Origin: Tubiluchus corallicola
Lineage: Eukaryota; Animalia; Priapulida
Assembly (NCBI GenBank): GCA_030141605.1
Contig: JAQGDQ010000053.1
Span: 434,001-498,000 of the forward strand
Reading direction: 5' to 3'
Length of the DNA: 64,000 nt
Below are positions 58,128 through 64,000 of this stretch, one piece after another. The notes under the pieces are model-generated. The model had not been told where the DNA came from and ran no database searches. It worked only from the letters and a program-made list of their open reading frames with translations. Numbering within the stretch: the first letter of the stretch is position 1; the number at the start of each line of letters is the position of its first letter. Position numbers and translations under genes: made by a program.

Positions 58128-60131
58128 TCTACTATTATATTAATATTCTTGGTATCTTAATATATATATATATAAGATTCGAGGCTACAGCTTCGACGAG
58201 GGCACCATTTGCGGCGATCTATATATCAAACGAAAGGTCTCGATCTAGTGTCGTGCCATTGATGGTTTATTTTTCGAATCGGGCCCATCGGGAGGAGGGG
58301 GAGGCGAAAAACCCCCCAAAATGGCCCTTTTTTGGCCGTTTTTTGTAAAAGTTATACGGCTGAGATGTAGAGAACGGGAACGGGCCGAGGGGGGTGCTGG
58401 GTATGGATAGATAGCCCGTTCAGCGGTGGGTGTAGTAGGCATATTTAGAATTCCCGAGAGGGCCAGGGCGCCCCGCAACGGGCGTTTTCCCGGACCCAAC
58501 TCGCGATTTTTTCGAAATTTTGACCAAACAGCATGCGGGAAAAACGTTCTAGCGGCGCCTGGTGGGACTCTCGGAAGGAGATATATAGCTCTTTACAAAG
58601 AGGAAGGACAGGGCTACACGATGATGTGGGATATATTTTAGGGCAGGTCCACCGAGAGGAGTATCAACGAGTTAGTTAGGAGTTCTATTTTCGGCAATTT
58701 TCACTTAGAAAACTGCTGACGCAAAGGCATTGTTGTGACGTCATCCATTGTACTCTGTCTATAATCTTATAACTTTAATTCAGCAAAAAGCTACAGGCTT
58801 TGCGTTAGTTAAACAAACAGTAGGCACGATGTTACGGGCTTTGTGTTATAAATGTGGACTAGGTAGGATGTTCGCGTATTATTGATTACACGTGTATTTA
58901 TACGCAAAATCTTTTGCGGGGCCTTTGCTATTTATTATATTATAGCACATAGTTTCAACTTTGTGAAAAATGTTTGGAATGGTTTTGTTGTAATGCTGTG
59001 CTGTTGGTGCTTGTGCTATAGGTGTTGTCATCGTTGCCACCATCATCATCATCATCATCAACATCATGATCACCACGTGAGGTGGTGGATTTGATGTGGT
59101 GTGGTGGTGGTGTGCTTTGTGTGTTGTGCTATGGGTGGTGTGGTGGGGTGATAGGGTGTGTGGGGTGTGGTGTGGGTAGTGTGGTATGGAGTGGGTGGCG
59201 TGGTGTGTGGGTGGGTGTTGTGGTGCGGTGTGGTGTTATGGTGTGGTGCAGTGCGGTGTGATGTGATGTGGTGGAGTATTATGGTGTGGGTGGTGTGGTG
59301 TGGTGTGTGGGTGGTGCGGTGTGGTGTGGTGCAGTGGTATGGTGTGGTGCAGTGTGGTGTGATGTGGTGGAGTCGTATGGTGTGGTTGGTGTGGTGTGGT
59401 ATGTGGGTCGTGCGGTGTGCTGCAGTGGTATGTTGTGGTGCGGTGGGGTGTGATGTGGTGGAGTGGTATGGTGTGGGTGGTGTGGTGTGTAGGTGGGTGG
59501 GGGGTGTGGTGCAGTGTGGTGTTATGGTGTGGTGCTGTGCAGTGTGATGTGGTGGAGTATTATGGTGTGGGTGGTGTGTTGTGGTGTGTGGGTGGTGCGG
59601 TGCAGTGGTATGGTGTGGTGCAGTGTGGTGTGATGTGGTGGAGTCGTATGGTGTGGGTGGTGTGGTGTGTGGGTGGTGCGGTGTGCTGCAGCGGTATGGT
59701 GTGGTGCAGTGTGGTGTGTAGGTCGGTGGGTGGTGTGGTGCAGTGTGGTGTTATGGTGTGGTGCTGTGCGGTGAGGTGTTATGGTGTGGTGCTGTGCGGT
59801 GTGATGTGGTGAAGTATTATGGTGTGGGTGGTGTGGTGTGTGGGTGGTGCAGTGGTATGGTGTGGTGCAGTGTGGTGTGAGGTGGTGGAGTGGTATGGTG
59901 TGGGTGGTGTGGTGTGTAGGTGGTATGGTGTGGTGCGGTGTGGTGGAGTGGTATGGTGTGGGTGGTGTGGTGTGTAGGTGGGTGGGTGGTGTGGTGCAGT
60001 GTGGTGTTATGGTGTGGTGCTGTGCGGTGTGATGTGGTGGAGTGGTATGGTGTGGTGTGATGAGGTGGAGTGGTGTGGTGTGTGTTTTGTGTTGATTTGT
60101 GCACAAAATTCTTTTTGTGGGGTTTGGCTAG
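58128..60131 (+). mobile_element. Probable non-autonomous Helitron
   Basis: 5' A|TCTACTATTATAT start; 3' hairpin CACAAAA-ttct-TTTTGTG, then 8 nt, then CTAG|T; no TSD; 5' part repeated at 37545-37870. Confidence 0.55.
59077..60092. repeat. About 1-kb degenerate (GTGTG)n minisatellite
   Basis: G/T-skewed pentamer-derived array with higher-order units such as GATGTGGTGGAGT..TATGGTGTGGGTGGTGTGGTG. Confidence 0.95.
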
Positions 60132-60187
60132 TTATTATTATTATTATTGTTATCATCATCATCATCATCATCATCATTAATATTATT

Positions 60188-60809
60188 ATTAATAGACTCT
60201 TTTTGTTACCGAAGTGTTTTGACTCAATTAACTGACTGAATCTATTAACTGATGGCTGCAGTATTACTGGTATAGAAGTACGAGTCACCAACTTAGTATG
60301 CACTGCAAAGATTTTCAATGAATTTTAGAAACGAAGTAATGCCTAAAATCATTTGTGCAGTTAAAATTCCCCGCAAGTAGCTTCATCTGTAGTTTCGCCT
60401 AAGTTCCCGCTTGCTATCCTGATATAGTTATTATACTGTACCTGAGTCCCTGGCATAACAGCAACATCTAACTGGTTAAACTTTCTAGCAAAGACAGCCA
60501 GAGTTTCAAAAACAAACAGCTAAGCAAGTTATTAAATGTTTAGTTCCCAGACAAAACGGTACTTAACATGATTGTTTCTCTGTATATTATAAGACAAATG
60601 CGAATTAAGAGGATACTTATAAGTCACAAAAGCTCATTAGTCACACGAAAGTGTCTTATTGTAGCATGCGAAGCAAAAATATTGACTCAATTATGCGGAG
60701 TTATTTGAGTCGATTACAGACAGTTTTATGTACATCTGAATTATAGAAGCGGCCCGTACCAGGCGTTTTTGAGACAATTAACCGCTAGTCTATTAAGGGG
60801 CGCCTGCTG
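60188..60809 (-). mobile_element. Inverted, eroded second copy of the 50255-51255 MITE
   Basis: 60680-60809 is the reverse complement of about 50255-50397; 60188-60265 is the reverse complement of about 51160-51237. Confidence 0.7.
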
Positions 60810-61304
60810 ACTATGGAATTATGTAGTAATATAGTTAGTTATCTATGATCATGGCCATAAAGCCTTCGGTCGCATTGGCCATAACCATCTTAAAAGATCT
60901 ACAAAGTGTCAAAATGCGCATATGCTTCGTCGCAGTCGTCAGTCCCGTGCAGTTTTTGTTTACTGTTTCTTTCGCTGAATATATAGTTCTTTTTCATTTG
61001 TCGCACTTAGTCATTTAGAGTAAATAACATAATGTTTAAAAGAAAGCTGAAAGCTTTGAAATATCACCAAGTGGAGAAATTTAATTTGACTGGTAAGGGG
61101 TCTTGGAATTATGCAGAATCGTTTATAATAATTAATTTGTTTTTTTGCGGTTAACCTAGAGTTGCGCGAGTCGTTTATTTACAGTGATGCCTGATTCTGC
61201 ATCATTATGGGCAAACATGACCGGGAAGGAGATAAATAAGAAAAGCGTTTATGTAAACGGTTGCCGCAGTACTTTGAATATTTAGGTGATAAAATGATTA
61301 AGAT

Positions 61305-61814
61305 CAGGGGTATGCAAATTATCTGACTAGCCGGGCCACATTAAACTTTCCCGCAATTCCTGCGGGCCACGGGCAGTTTGATCAAGGAGCCAAGTGCAGA
61401 AAGGCCTAATAACGATTTTTTTTGCATCCGACCTGCGTACATCATTACTACTACACTCAAGAAACTATTTTAGAAGTTATTAAAATTTATATTACAAACC
61501 ATATATTTCCAGTTTCAGGACAGATAGTGGTAATTTCGTTACAATGCATATTAGTAATGTGTATCACACAGTCTGTGTAGTACAGTGTTATTAAGCTACA
61601 ACCGTCTTGTAAGGGTTAATGGCATCCGATCTACTCGCACTACCTCGTACTAAAAACTACCCGCACTATCTTTGGGATTGTGGCACGGACTTCAGCTGGA
61701 TACACTCAATTAATCGGGCTGCACTTTCATTAGGTCGACAAATCACTTCGCGGGCCGCGCAAATTCTCTTGGCAGGCCGCAAGTGACCCGCGGGACGCAA
61801 TTTGCACACCCCTC
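61305..61814. mobile_element. hAT (Charlie-like) MITE
   Basis: TIR CAGGGGTATGCAAATT / AATTTGCACACCCCTC; perfect 8-bp TSD ATTAAGAT; GCGGGCCG subterminal repeats. Confidence 0.88.
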
Positions 61815-62146
61815 ATTAAGATAATGGTCATGCAATTACAAATGGCAGAAAAGTGATTAAAAATTTTTTCTTGTGTGGAGTTACCTTGCACACTGTGTTT
61901 TTTTGCTATCAGCTACTAATAAATACGGGCCGTCTATTTGAACTTGGTTTGCAGTGTTACCTGGGGTGGACCCACCAGGGACGAAGACTGAGCATGCTTC
62001 TTAGCTAGTTTAGAATAAAACTTGAAAACGTAGTAAGTAGTGCTCGCAAGTAGTACCAAAATTCTTGCATTGTGGCATCTTTTGCACTTTGAAACCTTAC
62101 CTGAATGAGTGTTTTTTTTTGAAAATTTGAAATAAGCAGAGTTGAC

Positions 62147-63520
62147 TTGGGTACTGGTAATAATGGCAATACTCCCGAGGTTAATTCTAATATAGCAGTG
62201 CTGGTAATAAGCTTAAGAACTTCTAGTGAACAAGAATCATCAAGAGAAGGGAGTGTGTACAGGGATACAAGCAGTGATACCGAAGAAATAGAGGAGGAAA
62301 TGAGTCAAAGTGGAGAATTGAGTGGACATGAGAGGCATGACATAGTAGAGTACTGGACATAGTAGAGTACTGTGCAGAATGTGGCGAAATTTGTGGGTTC
62401 AAAGGAGCTTTTCAGTGTGAGGAACAGAAGTGTAAAACATGGATTCATTATAAATGTAGTGGGCTACCTCCTTATAGTATACTAGTTTTGGAGGGCACTG
62501 TCCGAAAATTTTCTTGTCCTAAGTGCTCAATTGAAAAGGTACCGCTAGGAAAATTGGCCAAAGGCAAAAAACGAGAAGAAAGGCTGGAAGAAATTAAAAC
62601 AATAGTAGGAGAAACACCAGTGACACTAAGATGGCTAGTGAGGTCCAGAGTTTAGCAGAGAAGGTTAAGGAATTAGCAGTACATAATATACAACTGGGAG
62701 AGAAAGTAAGTAAACAGGAAGAGGAAATTGCAGACCTCACAAAAAAGTTTGCAATTTGCGGGCTTGAAACAGACAAGGCAAGTGAAGAAAAATCGAAAAT
62801 AAAGACTGAAATAAAGCAGCTTTAAGCAAGATTTACGAGTCGAATGCGAGGGTTGCGAACGACTAATTATAAATAATGAGCAAATGGGTGAAGAGATTAA
62901 AATAACTGTAGCTAATAATAGTACCCTTAGAAAAGACATAGAAAACAAACAAAGGCAAAATGAAACACTTGAAGAAGAAAATAACCAGCTATGCTTAGAA
63001 GTGGATGGCATTCAGAAAAAGTGGCTAGAAGATAAGAAGGAAAAGGAAGCACAAGTGACAGAAATACGTGATTTGCAAAAAAAAGGCTATTCTCTCCCCT
63101 GACAATGACAATGACCAAGTTAAGGAATTGGTCAAACTAAGAGAAACCATAAAACACTTAAATGAGTATGTAACATTGTTAAAAGGAAAAAGCAGTCTCT
63201 TGATTTCTGTGAAAGATACAGAAGAGAATGTAGACAGAATGGCAGAAGTATCCAAAAGAAACAAAAGTGATAACATCACAGAAAGAATGCAGCCATGTAC
63301 TACTAATCAAAGCAAAAAGTTAGATAAGAAACAAATATACCGGAATTTTGAAAAATAGGGTAGCTGCAGATTTCGGTCCAGTTGCAGATACGTTCATGAA
63401 ACTAGGAATGTTGGAATAACCAAACACCAGTAGAAAAAGGAGTACCTCCATTCTGTTTGCGATATGAAGAGACAGGAACATGTACATAGGGATTAAGATG
63501 TAAATTCCATCATGGATATA
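62147..63520 (+). pseudogene. Disrupted intronless PHD finger + coiled coil + two CCCH fingers, probably LINE ORF1
   Basis: CAECGEIC..FQCEEQKCKTWIHYKCSGLP..FSCPKC (62370-62526); long E/K heptad region (62600-63280); GSCRFRSSCRYVH and FCLRYEETGTCT*GLRCKFHH (63340-63513). Several stops and frameshifts. Confidence 0.7.
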
Positions 63521-64000
63521 CAGATTTTGAGAACAAGTTGTATGCGGAAGGTAGATACATACCTTCTTATGAAAGAAATAAGATGACTAATTGACAAAAT
63601 TATATGACATGTCATAACAGCATGAGTGGAAATAGAATGGCTGCAAAAATAGGAATTTCTAGATGAAATCATATGGAAACTAAGGAGAGTTAACAGATTT
63701 GCATAGAAAAATGGGTTTTTTATTACAGAGGGGAGATCAGTAGAAGATTATCAACAGAAAGGATTTCAGTGTTATGTAATGCAAGATCAGGAAATGAACA
63801 ACATTCAAAGCAGGGGAAGCGTAATAATACCGAGCGAGAACTGGAGCCATTTGACATGCAACAAGCACAATCAAGTATGAATTCAAGCATTCTGGTCTGA
63901 CAGAGAGTTGCAGCTCAGGGTCCAACAGTCCCGACTCAGTAACAAAAAATTGCAAAATATAAATAATAGTAAAAAAGTGAAAAACAATAAAAAAAGAAAA

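Noticed and set aside
59158-60318. His/Thr/Pro-rich and Val/Trp/Cys-rich ORFs, or a telomeric repeat
   Set aside because: Stop-poor frames of a degenerate (GTGTG)n array; not a TTAGGG or TTAGG telomere motif.

Overview
AT-rich, intron-containing eukaryotic DNA, most consistent with an invertebrate animal; the species cannot be told from the sequence. Three spliced host genes were reconstructed by hand from GT-AG junctions with consistent phases: class II fumarate hydratase (FH, + strand, about 10838-21215), an FSIP1-family gene (- strand, about 22677-31787) and the pseudophosphatase STYX (- strand, about 46931-53229). The rest is mostly transposon-derived: one full-length but decayed Ty3/Gypsy (Mag-type) LTR element with TSD, PBS and PPT; BEL/Pao, CR1, RTE and RTE-X-like remnants; a PHD/coiled-coil/CCCH LINE ORF1 pseudogene; many TIR elements (hAT-, Kolobok-, Ginger- and Tc1/pogo-like); a probable Helitron; and microsatellites. 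I found no convincing wholly new system. The best leads are: (1) the FH carries the equivalent of the human disease allele N340K together with R343M; (2) it has no visible mitochondrial presequence exon; (3) the Helitron has two tandem terminators bracketing a GT-rich tract; (4) a three-level transposon nest; and (5) repeated CACCTGTAATTA motifs plus a 48-bp perfect palindrome in an FH intronic element. Family assignments come from recalled motifs, not database searches.
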